Shown here piece by piece: positions 1-9,730 of a stretch of 64,000 nucleotides of DNA (positions are counted from its first letter, which is position 1; each line of letters starts with the position of its first letter). The notes beneath the pieces were generated by a model. It had not been told where the DNA came from, ran no database searches, and saw nothing but the letters and a program-made list of their open reading frames with translations. Made by a program: the position numbers and the translations under genes. The stretch spans positions 1 through 64,000 of IMG/VR virus record IMGVR_UViG_3300013120_000738. One strand, given 5' to 3'.

Positions 1-400
1 GCCATCCAGACAAAATTTACTCCTTGAAATTCTTTTGCCCCTTTCCCTAGCAACAACAATCCGCCACCAAGTAATAGGGCACCTATACCAACAAGTGCTG
101 CACCAATAGTAAATGGTACACCAGCAGCCCATAGCATGGTACCACCAATTGCCAGCTGGCCTGCCATCCAAACAAAATTGACCCCTTGAAATTCCTTAGC
201 ACCCTTCCCAAGTGCTTGCATTCCAAACCCGAGAAGTAACGCGCCTATCCCAACAAATGTAGCACCTATTGCGAATGGCACACCAGCAGCCCATATCATC
301 GTACCACCGACCATGAGCTGGAACGCCATACCAATAAAGTCGACACCTTTAAATTCTTTTGCACTCTCGGCAAGTGCTGACATTCCTGTACCGAGTAGCT
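1..400 (-). repeat. 162-bp (54-aa) imperfect tandem repeats in the tape measure gene
   Basis: gccat(c/a) units begin at 1, 163 and 325, encoding K/SAKEF(Q/K)GV(N/D)F(V/I)(W/G)M repeats. Confidence 0.8.
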
Positions 401-3026
401 TAGCCCCAAATCCGATCAATATAGCAGCTACAGCAAATAGCGATCCTGCAACTAACAAAGTAACACCAGCATATATAAGCGCCACAGCTATTAACGGCAT
501 CAAGAGCATAACTGGTATTAATATAAGGACTGCTCCGGTAATCTTCCCGGCCGACTCCCACAATGCAGTAGCAAAATCTTTTATCATATCACCCGAGAGT
601 TTCTCGAGTGCTGTAGCAAGCATACCTAAAGGTGGACCCAATAGCCATGCGGATATAGCCAGCATGCTCATAGTAGTAGCCAGAACTATAAGTCCTGGAG
701 CACTTATTAAGGCTGCATAGGCAAGTATCATCATGCCAGCAGCCACCATCGGCAATTTGACCCATAGTGGCGGAGAATGAGGGCCAATAGCTTCCACAAT
801 CATCATGAAAGCTTCAGCTGCCATCTTTAGACCGGCACCCATTAACCAGGCAGCAGCACCAATCAGAGCTAGAGCACCACCAATAGCCCATAATATTCCC
901 ACAACAGGTCCTGCTACAGGTGCTAATGCTCCTACAGCGGTCACAAGAATATATGTAGCTGCCACCAACAACAATACTCCAATCAGTATAGTATGGAATG
1001 GTATATCAACAAGTATTTTCATACCTTGTGCAAAGAAATACGCACCAGCACCAGCCATCATCAGCGCAGCACCAAGAGCAAGCAATCCTAGAGCATTAGC
1101 AGCTGCAGCGCTGCCAACAGCTCTTATACCTCTAGCGATACCCCTCATCACTTGATATATAACTTCACCAACAGCTACCGCGAAATCTACAATAAGCCCC
1201 AAGAAAGTGCTGATTATATTAGCAACACCACTTATAAGCCCAGGAAGTCCGGCAAATCCAAGTGCAAATGAAGTTAATGCCCCAGCAGCTATGATAATCA
1301 CCATAGCAAGGCCTAACACCATCCCCGCCAAAACTCTCATCCATTTTATTATGAATCCGAGTGGGCCTAATGCATTTTCTAGCCATACTGTGAATTTATG
1401 TATACCAGTAATAACACTAGCTATACCCCATACAACCCACTCAAGAACTACAAGTAATGGATACAAACCCTCGGATATAACTGACAAGATTACACCAAAA
1501 GCACCTGCCATTCCTGCTTTTATTTGGTTCCATTTAGCAGAAGCAGTAGTGTAAGTCTCATTTAGCCTCTTCCTATAATTCAAGTCCGCTGCTAATTTAT
1601 CATGTAGGGCATCATATGTCCCTAGCATTTCTACATTGCCTTTGTTTATCTCATTCTGCCTTCTAATCATCATGAGCAAGGCATTTTTATCCATAAAGAG
1701 GATCTGCTCAGATAATAAATTAAGTCTAGCTTGTTGCTCGGCAGTTAACGTCGTCATCCTATCTATTTGGGTGGCTGCAGGTACTATACTTTTAGCTATT
1801 TCAAGTATACCCTCTCCCATTTGATTATATCGTTCAGTTGGGTCAGCATTCGGGTCTATACGCAGCTTACCATAGAAAACGGAAGCCTCAATCCCAGTAA
1901 GCTTCATCTTCTTCATTATATCATCAATAGCAGCAGCTGGGGCTCCCAATTCTTTACCAGCCTTTCTATATCCAGCTTCTGCTAATGTGAATTGTTCTAC
2001 AGCATCCTGACCGAACATAAATGCCATTTCTTGTGCAGTCTCTGTATTACTCTGCATCATACGATTCATGTCATCAGTGCTTAACGCGAATCGTCGTTGC
2101 GCTTCTATCAACATTCCTATATGTTTAGAAGATCTTTCAGCGTCTGATCCCGCTGCTCGTAGACCACGAGTATACTCTGCAAGCGTACCAGCAGATAATC
2201 CAGTTATCCGTTGAGCTCTTCCAACAGATTTAGCTAATTTGTCTATTTCATTAGTCGGTGTCTTAACATCAGCCAAGGCTTTATAGGCAGCCATTGCATC
2301 TTCACGTAAGACACCATATCTAGCAGATAGATATCTAGTTCTATTAGTAAGTTGCATCATCGAGTCGTAAACCCGATAATTCGCTTCCTTGAATTTTTCT
2401 GCCTCCTCGTCGAATTTCTGTATAATCCCCCATAATTTACGAGCGGCAGCTACTAATTTACGAAAATGCCCTTCATTCCGCCTCGTATTATCACCTATAC
2501 GTTCTCCAGCATCACCGATCGCCCGTTGTAGTCCTTGTTCTTCAGCTAATAATCTTAACTCATCGGCATGCCCCAAATTTTTCCGTCTTATTGCTTCATT
2601 GATATTCTCTAGACCCTTCAGAGCATCATCCTTGAGGATATCCTCATCTTTCAATATTTCATGTAGATCCTCTACTATATCCTTTTTCTCTTCTAATAAT
2701 TTTATTTCCTCTTTTAATCTGTCAAGATTATCAAGACCTAATTGGTCCATATCACCAAGAGTATCACTAGCACCTACAAAACTCTTCTCGACATCACTCC
2801 CACCAAGATTTATATCTTTAGCAATCCCTGCTATATCACTCAGATTAGTCTTCAGGGCATCAGTAATTCCCTCTATACTACCCAAAGCATTCCTAGCTGC
2901 CTCGCTTACCTCATTTTCCAAATTGGATATACGTTGACTAAAGTCCCCAAGCGCAGCATCTGCCTCCGCCGTCTCAAGGGCTAAAGATACCTGTAGGGCA
3001 TATACATTCTGGTCAACACCGGCCAT
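1..3026 (-). CDS. Tape measure protein (partial, runs off the window edge)
   Basis: Hand-translated open frame from ATG 3026 (MAGVDQNVYALQVSLALE...) to base 1, >1000 aa. N-terminal coiled-coil/charged region, then a long Ala/Gly/Leu-rich hydrophobic region with 54-aa repeats. Lies downstream of the tail genes. Not in the ORF track because it has no stop in the window. Confidence 0.8.
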   Translation of the reverse strand, partial: MAGVDQNVYALQVSLALETAEADAALGDFSQRISNLENEVSEAARNALGSIEGITDALKTNLSDIAGIAKDINLGGSDVEKSFVGASDTLGDMDQLGLDNLDRLKEEIKLLEEKKDIVEDLHEILKDEDILKDDALKGLENINEAIRRKNLGHADELRLLAEEQGLQRAIGDAGERIGDNTRRNEGHFRKLVAAARKLWGIIQKFDEEAEKFKEANYRVYDSMMQLTNRTRYLSARYGVLREDAMAAYKALADVKTPTNEIDKLAKSVGRAQRITGLSAGTLAEYTRGLRAAGSDAERSSKHIGMLIEAQRRFALSTDDMNRMMQSNTETAQEMAFMFGQDAVEQFTLAEAGYRKAGKELGAPAAAIDDIMKKMKLTGIEASVFYGKLRIDPNADPTERYNQMGEGILEIAKSIVPAATQIDRMTTLTAEQQARLNLLSEQILFMDKNALLMMIRRQNEINKGNVEMLGTYDALHDKLAADLNYRKRLNETYTTASAKWNQIKAGMAGAFGVILSVISEGLYPLLVVLEWVVWGIASVITGIHKFTVWLENALGPLGFIIKWMRVLAGMVLGLAMVIIIAAGALTSFALGFAGLPGLISGVANIISTFLGLIVDFAVAVGEVIYQVMRGIARGIRAVGSAAAANALGLLALGAALMMAGAGAYFFAQGMKILVDIPFHTILIGVLLLVAATYILVTAVGALAPVAGPVVGILWAIGGALALIGAAAWLMGAGLKMAAEAFMMIVEAIGPHSPPLWVKLPMVAAGMMILAYAALISAPGLIVLATTMSMLAISAWLLGPPLGMLATALEKLSGDMIKDFATALWESAGKITGAVLILIPVMLLMPLIAVALIYAGVTLLVAGSLFAVAAILIGFGAKLLGTGMSALAESAKEFKGVDFIGMAFQLMVGGTMIWAAGVPFAIGATFVGIGALLLGFGMQALGKGAKEFQGVNFVWMAGQLAIGGTMLWAAGVPFTIGAALVGIGALLLGGGLLLLGKGAKEFQGVNFVWM

Positions 3027-3144
3027 GATAACCTATATTTGTTATTAATATATCCCCTTACCAACTCTATGTATTTCACATAATAGGGTTGTCGATTTAA
3101 CTCCCATTCCCCTGCTTGTAACATGGCAGTAGGAGGACAACATA

Positions 3145-3504
3145 ATGAAATGGCTCGATGACCTCACAGAATGGCTCAAAGGATTTGGCGATAGGTTACA
3201 GCAGAATCCTCGTAGCCTCGACCAAATCTTCGCAAAGACCGAATGGACGGAAGAAGAGCTGGTCGACTGGATGAACAGGATTCCGAAAGAACACCGTAAC
3301 CTGATCGCAGTCCGAGCTATCGAAGCTCGAGACCAGGGACAAGACCCAGTAGAATTCCTACGCAGGGCTCGTATCGAATATGAAGCCGGTCAAAGAGGGG
3401 CCGCAGGCTCCGGAATGTCCCTCCTAGATCTCTGGTGGGAATACGAATGCGGTGTAGTTGCTGGTGACCTCTTCATGGGCAAATACCTGCCAGATCGAGA
3501 CTAA
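3145..3504 (+). CDS. Hypothetical protein
   Basis: ORF with strong SD (AGGAGG). Confidence 0.65.
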   Translation: MKWLDDLTEWLKGFGDRLQQNPRSLDQIFAKTEWTEEELVDWMNRIPKEHRNLIAVRAIEARDQGQDPVEFLRRARIEYEAGQRGAAGSGMSLLDLWWEYECGVVAGDLFMGKYLPDRD

Positions 3505-3506
3505 CC

Positions 3507-3689
3507 ATGCATCTAGAAGTCACACAACCAGATGGGTCCATAGAATATGTGACCCCCACGGACATAGCCCGCGCCAGAATCTTCGCATCTTTCAACGAAG
3601 AACTGGCCTGGCTACTGTCCGCTCTCGATAATTTAACCCCCGGTAAATCCTTGCAACATGGCGGTAGGATTTGGAAACGCGTAAACTAA
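3507..3689 (+). CDS. Hypothetical protein
   Basis: Short ORF directly after the previous gene. Confidence 0.5.
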   Translation: MHLEVTQPDGSIEYVTPTDIARARIFASFNEELAWLLSALDNLTPGKSLQHGGRIWKRVN

Positions 3690-4183
3690 TTTATTCTAGT
3701 AACAGCTCTACACCTCTCCAAGAACTCTCCATCTGTCAAAGTATTCCTAGCCATATTAACCCACCAACACACAAGCCTAATATTATCCCTACTATAGTCC
3801 TTTAAACAGTTAATACGATCAACCGATATATTAGCATAATGTGAATCAGTAGTCATTGTTAATCCAGTAATTGCACATTTTCCTTCCTGTTCTTGCCATA
3901 ACTCAACTAAATCGTTATAAGTTATTGAACAATTAATGTTCTTACGATGTCTACATTTTTTAATCAACACTTTAAAGCGACCGTGAAGCGTCTGAGCCCA
4001 TTTTTTCTGGATTTCACTTATTTTACCAGCATTCTTTTCACGATATCGTTTAGCCTTGTGTCTTCCTTCTGGGCTATTCCGTTTTCTTCTTTTCTTTTCT
4101 AAGACATCTTCTCGATTTTTGAGATACCATTTTCGCCATCTATCCCTTTTTTTCTGTAGATCTATCATCAATACCCTCCACAA
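3686..4183 (-). CDS. HNH-like (His-Me finger) endonuclease
   Basis: Basic N-terminus; LWQEQEGKCAITG...SVDRI...Y...NIRLVCWWVNMARN motif typical of phage HNH-like proteins. Confidence 0.65.
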   Translation of the reverse strand: MWRVLMIDLQKKRDRWRKWYLKNREDVLEKKRRKRNSPEGRHKAKRYREKNAGKISEIQKKWAQTLHGRFKVLIKKCRHRKNINCSITYNDLVELWQEQEGKCAITGLTMTTDSHYANISVDRINCLKDYSRDNIRLVCWWVNMARNTLTDGEFLERCRAVTRIN

Positions 4184-4595
4184 CTAATTTACACCAATTC
4201 CGGAAATCACTGTCAGTCAACGTATTTCTAGCCATGTTGGCCCATTTACTAACAAATCTAATATTAGATAACTCATAAGGACCATGTGGTCTGATTCTAT
4301 CGATTGTCACAGCATCTGGAGATGGTCCGACATGATTATAAGTCATTGGAAGATTGCTTAAAGCACATCTCCCGCCTTGTTGTTCCCACAACAATTCTAA
4401 ATCTTCAATAGTAATATCAGTCCCGGCTCGTTTTCTAATATCTTTCAAAAGTTTATTAAACCTACCTCTTACTGTTCTACAGTATTCGTAATGCTTCTTT
4501 GCAAGTCTTTCTTTATTTAATTCTCTATACTTTTTATTCCGATCGAGTTCAGATTGTCGATGTTTCCGATAATATTGTCTTTGTTTAGTACCCAT
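4140..4595 (-). CDS. HNH-like endonuclease, paralogue of 3686-4183
   Basis: LWEQQGGRCALS...TIDRI...YELSNIRFVSKWANMARNTLTD. Confidence 0.65.
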   Translation of the reverse strand: MGTKQRQYYRKHRQSELDRNKKYRELNKERLAKKHYEYCRTVRGRFNKLLKDIRKRAGTDITIEDLELLWEQQGGRCALSNLPMTYNHVGPSPDAVTIDRIRPHGPYELSNIRFVSKWANMARNTLTDSDFRNWCKLVVEGIDDRSTEKKG

Positions 4596-4712
4596 ATCGT
4601 TTGCCCTTTAGTTATTTAATACTTCAACATATATTTGCCTAACGTATTTAACTATTAAATCCCACTTGCCACAGTCTAATATCAACAACCTTCAAACTAA
4701 AGGAGATAAATA

Positions 4713-5353
4713 ATGGGTTGGTGTGACAAATAATCCTTGAAGCTGTAGATTGCTTATGTCTCGCCCATTGGGAAACAGGCGGGCTCCCTAGTAATGCTCC
4801 ATCTGATTTAACAATTCCAGTAACCAGAACTAATAAGAGAGGGCAAACTCGTCAATATTGGAAATATCGTGCCCAAAGCCATAAGAATAATCATGTTACA
4901 GTATGGGTACGCACTGCATTAGATAACTATATCTGGACCGCCAATCATGGCTTAGCATTATGCCAAGAATATTATAAGAGATATAACAAAGTCCATAAGA
5001 CCGAAGAGCACTTATTGTGGTTCAAGACACATTCACCAGGCATCCCAAAAGGTTCTACCCCATTTAGACAAGCAGTAGCACGTGAACCAATCGACTGTGT
5101 CCGTGACGACGTCGTCTTAGCATATAAATTATATTATGCCTACTATAAGAGTCACCTAGCCAAATGGCGTCATTCAAGACCGCCTGGATGGTATTCTAAA
5201 ATGCGAGATCTTATAGCGATGAAAGCACCAGTATGCGTTGTAGAAGCCGCAGCATATGGTGGTAGTCATAAACCATTACCTCAAGATTCTATGAACTGCC
5301 AACATTTACCTAAGACGTGCCACACCCCTAGTGGAGAACAACTAATAAAATGA
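4713..5353 (+). pseudogene. Frameshifted pyrimidine-dimer glycosylase-related (Pyr_excise-like, CDKHVVKM family) gene
   Basis: SD + ATG 4713 gives MGWCDK-stop. Another frame open from 4727 reads IILEAVDCLCLAH...HKNNHVTVWVR...NYIWTANHGLALCQEYYKRYNKVHKTE..., matching the family; the expected HVVK after CDK is missing. Confidence 0.6.
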
Positions 5354-5356
5354 GCA

Positions 5357-5420
5357 CCGGCTGATCGGGGACATCCGTGACAGCCGGGGCTCGGATCACG
5401 GTGGGGTCGGGAGCCCACCG
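5357..5420. terminator. Tandem GC-rich hairpins between convergent genes
   Basis: CCGGCTG/CAGCCGG (5357-5387) and CGGTGGG/CCCACCG (5399-5420); no U-tract. Confidence 0.5.
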
Positions 5421-5425
5421 GGACC

Positions 5426-6085
5426 TTAGTAGACTGCCTCCTCATATAAGCAGTCATTCTCGACCACAGGCAACTTAGACGGTATAACGTACTTCTTGCA
5501 CTTCGTACTGTTATCCGCCTTCCTGAGATTCAAGCCATGTGCCCCGATTAAATCTCCGATTGATCTTGTAGGACCATGGTCATCAACACGTGCTTCATCC
5601 CTATCGAACCATTCTTCTATTAGATCATCAGGAATAAGAGCGTATACCATTTTTGCAGTTATTATGCTGCCTACTTCATATACACCCTTATCAATCTGTT
5701 CTTGAAGCCACTCAGTAATATTCGACAAGTTCTTACGTTTCCTAATTGGTATCCGTTCCTCCAGATCAGATAGATCTGTAGCCATGGTCGCACCCTTCTT
5801 AAATGACTCCGGGGCTCTCCATTTTCCGACACCACAGACCTCATCTAGTACGTTTGTTACTGACACAGCAGTAAACGCACCACTCACCTTAGAAAGCCGT
5901 TCAACCAACTTGGCAATAACTTTTCCGCCTTCTCTGACGGTTTTGCCAACTAACAATTCAGCCATTTTGTCGCAATCTAAAGCTTCCTTGACTTCAGGAA
6001 TCACAACAAATTTATCCCTATATCCAAGTGCAAGTCCTTTGACTTTGCTACCTAGATTAGAGACATCAGTAACAGTTTTTCCCAT
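5426..6085 (-). CDS. Hypothetical protein
   Basis: 219-aa ORF with SD AAGGGG. Confidence 0.7.
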   Translation of the reverse strand: MGKTVTDVSNLGSKVKGLALGYRDKFVVIPEVKEALDCDKMAELLVGKTVREGGKVIAKLVERLSKVSGAFTAVSVTNVLDEVCGVGKWRAPESFKKGATMATDLSDLEERIPIRKRKNLSNITEWLQEQIDKGVYEVGSIITAKMVYALIPDDLIEEWFDRDEARVDDHGPTRSIGDLIGAHGLNLRKADNSTKCKKYVIPSKLPVVENDCLYEEAVY

Positions 6086-6103
6086 TGGATATCCCCTTAT
6101 GAG

Positions 6104-6156
6104 GTAGGTTTGATTCGGGGGAGGCTCGCTGCGAACTTCCGAAAACCCGAACCTAC
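6104..6156. promoter_or_regulatory. Long imperfect stem-loop in the leader of 5426-6085
   Basis: GTAGGTT/AACCTAC outer stem, TTCGG(G)GAG/CTTCCGAA inner stem. Confidence 0.45.
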
Positions 6157-6205
6157 TTTATAAATACACAGAAACACCAGAAGTACACAACCGGTATTAT
6201 TCAGA

Positions 6206-6829
6206 TTACAGACTGATCTTCAGCTCATCACCAGGCTGACGTCTGTAAACTACCTCAAGAGCGGCCTTGATATGGGCACGATTAGTACCATCGAAATAGA
6301 GTGCTCTAGGATGCTCAAAATATACATTAAATTCATTCTGAGGTAATATAGCTAGGCCTCGTGGCCTACGTCCCAACCAAGCCTCAACATATGGCGGATG
6401 ATCATCTATAAGGACTTTCCCATAATCTAGACTTTTGGCGACTACATCATCAGTACCAGTAACTACTCTGATTCCTATATCACCGGTCAAGGTTTCAGGA
6501 ATCCTTCTATGGCACCACTGAACTTTCTCTTGCCATGCTAAAGGACACCAAGACGGTCCTTTGGTAAGAATATGAATACTAAATCCTATTTCCTTAAGCA
6601 TTTCCAGCACCATAAATCCAAGATGGAGTGTCTCCAATTCCTCCCACCATCCTGGTGTATTAACAATAGCCTTCCGACGCGCTTCAAGATGTCGTGGTAG
6701 ACTATGAAGATCAGAATGCCGAAGAGTTTCACCAGGACCTGACATAGCCATAAGATCCCGATATAAGGCCTTTTCATAGTCAGCTAAAGTGCCGTCCATA
6801 TCAACTAGTGCTATCTGATTACCGTCCAT
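6206..6829 (-). CDS. 5'(3')-deoxyribonucleotidase (HAD, NT5C-like)
   Basis: DMDGTLADY HAD motif I, WWEEL, ILTK, K...W and LIDD motifs. Confidence 0.85.
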   Translation of the reverse strand: MDGNQIALVDMDGTLADYEKALYRDLMAMSGPGETLRHSDLHSLPRHLEARRKAIVNTPGWWEELETLHLGFMVLEMLKEIGFSIHILTKGPSWCPLAWQEKVQWCHRRIPETLTGDIGIRVVTGTDDVVAKSLDYGKVLIDDHPPYVEAWLGRRPRGLAILPQNEFNVYFEHPRALYFDGTNRAHIKAALEVVYRRQPGDELKISL

Positions 6830-7940
6830 CTCTCTTTTTGGCCTCTTGAACTTCTGATCGGAATCGAACTAAATCATCAACAGTTAGCTTCTTCAACTGT
6901 CTATCGTATAACCGTCTAACCTCGGACAGCGTTAATTTCAATTCAGTAATACATTCGTTCCAGTCCTTTATTACCATGTTCTTCCCGTCCTTCTTATATG
7001 GTATAGAAGGAGGAAGACTAAACCATATTGGAAACCTGAGATTGCGTAGTAATAATTGATTCTCAATAATACTCTTTTTACCAGCTATATCATTATCGGG
7101 CGAGAGTATTATTCTCTCCTTAGGACCTAATAATTTAATCTTTTTGACCTGATTAGGACTTAGTGATGCACCTCCTGAAGCCAGTACTTGCTCTCCCAAT
7201 GTGTTCTGATCAAATATCGATTCGGTAATAATAACATATCTAGCAGGTTCAATATCATCAAAACCATATAAATAATCTGCTCTGCCACCCTCCATCTTCC
7301 CAGTAATATTATCTTCATTATCATATTCATATAAATCCGGGAATTCAAATCTCTTATTAATCCTCGATCGGCTTTGCCAATATACTAAGTCATCGAATTC
7401 ATAGTATGGCCAATAAACATCCATCCCTAAGTAGTATAATTCGTGAGTCTCTATCCCCTCGTCAGTATAACCTCTAGACCGCAACCAACCCTTCAGAATA
7501 TTAGCTTGAGGATCTTCCGCCGACCAAAGTAGCCTCGTGCCCCCAGGAAGGCTTACGGAAACGGTTTTCTTGGCCTCTGAGGCACCGGGCCGGTTTTCGG
7601 GCCTCATGTAAAGAGAAACGCTCCCCGTGTCTCCGAGAACCTCGGAGAGGGCATCCTTCATAGAGCATTTCCGATAGACCCGGACGAATCTGATAAATGA
7701 GCAATTACGCTTACCAGTCCTAGGATTTATTGGACCGGCCCATTCATCCCCATGCCAAGAGTGGCAGACACCTTTATCAGGATTTATTTGGAAGCGGAAT
7801 CTTGTATCGCCGTCGAATGGGTCGCATATTTGATATTCCGCACCACCTTTGCGTACTTTATACTCGAAGTTTCGCTCTACCCAAGCGATAATTCTATTCG
7901 GTGGTATTTTCTTGTAGGCATGGTCAGGCATACATTTCAA
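6819..7940 (-). CDS. DNA primase (TOPRIM, T4 gp61/DnaG-like)
   Basis: N-terminal zinc-binding-like region, LRSRG, YWQSR, TOPRIM ITESIFD and PDND.AG. Confidence 0.85.
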   Translation of the reverse strand: MKCMPDHAYKKIPPNRIIAWVERNFEYKVRKGGAEYQICDPFDGDTRFRFQINPDKGVCHSWHGDEWAGPINPRTGKRNCSFIRFVRVYRKCSMKDALSEVLGDTGSVSLYMRPENRPGASEAKKTVSVSLPGGTRLLWSAEDPQANILKGWLRSRGYTDEGIETHELYYLGMDVYWPYYEFDDLVYWQSRSRINKRFEFPDLYEYDNEDNITGKMEGGRADYLYGFDDIEPARYVIITESIFDQNTLGEQVLASGGASLSPNQVKKIKLLGPKERIILSPDNDIAGKKSIIENQLLLRNLRFPIWFSLPPSIPYKKDGKNMVIKDWNECITELKLTLSEVRRLYDRQLKKLTVDDLVRFRSEVQEAKKRDGR

Positions 7941-7969
7941 ATACCCTGACAGTGCCTAGCATGATTAGA

Positions 7970-9730
7970 CTAACGATCAGGAATAGTTCGAACATCTTTA
8001 GTATCTCCATTAGGATCTACAGCAGTTGGTAGGATTTCTACCTCTTCATCTAGTACCACTTGTGCGACATATAAGTTTCTACCATTAATCACTGACATCA
8101 CTCGAATGTTGATGTCAATTTCTTCACCATCCTTGGTGACCATTTTGCCAGAAACTTGTATGATGCCGCCTTTATTTAATTTTTCCAGAAGATCCGGATA
8201 CGTCATTCCTATTTGGTGTCTCTCGAATCTTCCTGGGGGGATTATTAGGTCAAGCTTTCTACCTATAGCTTCACCTTCTGTCCACCCAAGTAATTTTTGA
8301 GCACCATCATTCCACATAGCAATCGTACCATTCTTAGCATCACAAATAATATATGCTGTATCACTCATTTCAATTATTCTACGCCACTGATCTGCTCTCT
8401 TATTAGCCCTGTATATTGTTATGACTTGCCATAGGTCTTCCATCAAGAAAGTAACTTGCAAGACGTCATCTTGCGTATACGGTTTCTTCTTATTCCCAAG
8501 TCCTATAATTAGTCTACATTTCCCTTCAGTAAAAACTGGTACAGACATATATCGGCTCAATACTACTTTATGCTCTGCAGGGTGCTCTGCATTTTCATCC
8601 ATAGGCTTGCCACCAAAGTCATTGTTAACGTATGCCTTTTGTGTTCGAAATGGAATAGCCCATTGTGCTTCCCTTGCGATACCTTCTGCAATATCAAATT
8701 CAGCACGATCATTATGTATCTTATAATCCAACTGCATATTTTCAGACCAAACAGCTACTGTCACCGTATTTTCATCATTTTCATGAACATAGCCTATATA
8801 ACCATACCTACTACCAGTCAAGCGAATACATTCTTCTAGACAAAAATCCTTCAAACTCGCCTCAGTATGTGTACCAACATGGCTGTATAATTTAAGAGAA
8901 GCTTCTAATCTCTCTTGCGTTATACTAATCCTAACATCATTCACTTGTGCCACATGTAAACTATATCCAAGAAATGAAACCAAAAAAGCAATGATAAGAA
9001 TGATTATAGCAGATGATACTTTGCGTAATGTGTTTTCAGGCTTCCGCTTACGCGATTCATGTCTATCGTGGAGCCGCTTAAAAATCGGAGTAAGAGCACG
9101 AATGAACACAACAGAACCAACAAGTATGACCAAAACAGCAAAACTTGAAGCAATAACACCAGCCCTAATAAAAGGACTTCTGATTTCAGCAATATCCATT
9201 TTCGCCACTAATCCAAGATCGCAACAAATCATATCAACGGGTTCATATGCTGCAAGGACATATACACCTCTATAATCGCGACCTACCATGGAACCAGAGT
9301 GACCATTTAGAACCATTTGCATAGGCTCAGCATAATTAGATTTTAAAGCTATGATCTTACGATCTTCTACACCTGTATGGCGATGACTAAGTAGAAATAC
9401 TATATCACTACCTTCTCGTTCTGCTAATGTAAATTCTCCAGTTTTGCCAAAACCATTATATCTCCGATGTGCTTCAGTAATTTGAGTCAATGCTGCTTCA
9501 GATGCTTCATCTTGATCTTCAATTTGACTATGAGAGAATTTAGCTATTGACTCCATTAATCTGGCCTGGCTACGAGAAGTCTCAACTAATCTACGCTCAA
9601 CTTCATGTACTGCAGCATTATACGACAACACTATCGAGACAATACCAATAATCAATGACACACAAGTCATAACTATTAGTAAAAAATAAAATCTTTTACG
9701 ATCATCACGTATCATCGTTTGGCTCATCAT
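7970..9730 (-). CDS. Membrane sensor-like protein (TM-Cache-TM-TM-GAF-PAS) with no kinase or output domain
   Basis: Cache signature GRDYRGVYVLAAYEP...LGLVAKMD; GAF RYMSVPVF...GLGNKKKPY...DDV; PAS WNDGAQKLLGWTEGEAIG; the protein ends right after the PAS domain. Confidence 0.8.
   Translation of the reverse strand: MMSQTMIRDDRKRFYFLLIVMTCVSLIIGIVSIVLSYNAAVHEVERRLVETSRSQARLMESIAKFSHSQIEDQDEASEAALTQITEAHRRYNGFGKTGEFTLAEREGSDIVFLLSHRHTGVEDRKIIALKSNYAEPMQMVLNGHSGSMVGRDYRGVYVLAAYEPVDMICCDLGLVAKMDIAEIRSPFIRAGVIASSFAVLVILVGSVVFIRALTPIFKRLHDRHESRKRKPENTLRKVSSAIIILIIAFLVSFLGYSLHVAQVNDVRISITQERLEASLKLYSHVGTHTEASLKDFCLEECIRLTGSRYGYIGYVHENDENTVTVAVWSENMQLDYKIHNDRAEFDIAEGIAREAQWAIPFRTQKAYVNNDFGGKPMDENAEHPAEHKVVLSRYMSVPVFTEGKCRLIIGLGNKKKPYTQDDVLQVTFLMEDLWQVITIYRANKRADQWRRIIEMSDTAYIICDAKNGTIAMWNDGAQKLLGWTEGEAIGRKLDLIIPPGRFERHQIGMTYPDLLEKLNKGGIIQVSGKMVTKDGEEIDINIRVMSVINGRNLYVAQVVLDEEVEILPTAVDPNGDTKDVRTIPDR

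Noticed and set aside
313-2984. Plus-strand ORFs in the track (313-720, 805-1155, 1207-1554, 2389-2937 and others)
   Set aside because: Antisense shadows of the tape measure gene
5357-5420. Hammerhead, HDV-like or twister ribozyme
   Set aside because: Conserved cores (CUGANGA/GAAA; HDV P1.1 and J4/2; twister UAA/GGU..AAGCCC) could not be matched on either strand
6159-6166. Exact T4 late promoter TATAAATA
   Set aside because: It is on the plus strand pointing into minus-strand genes and is a single occurrence
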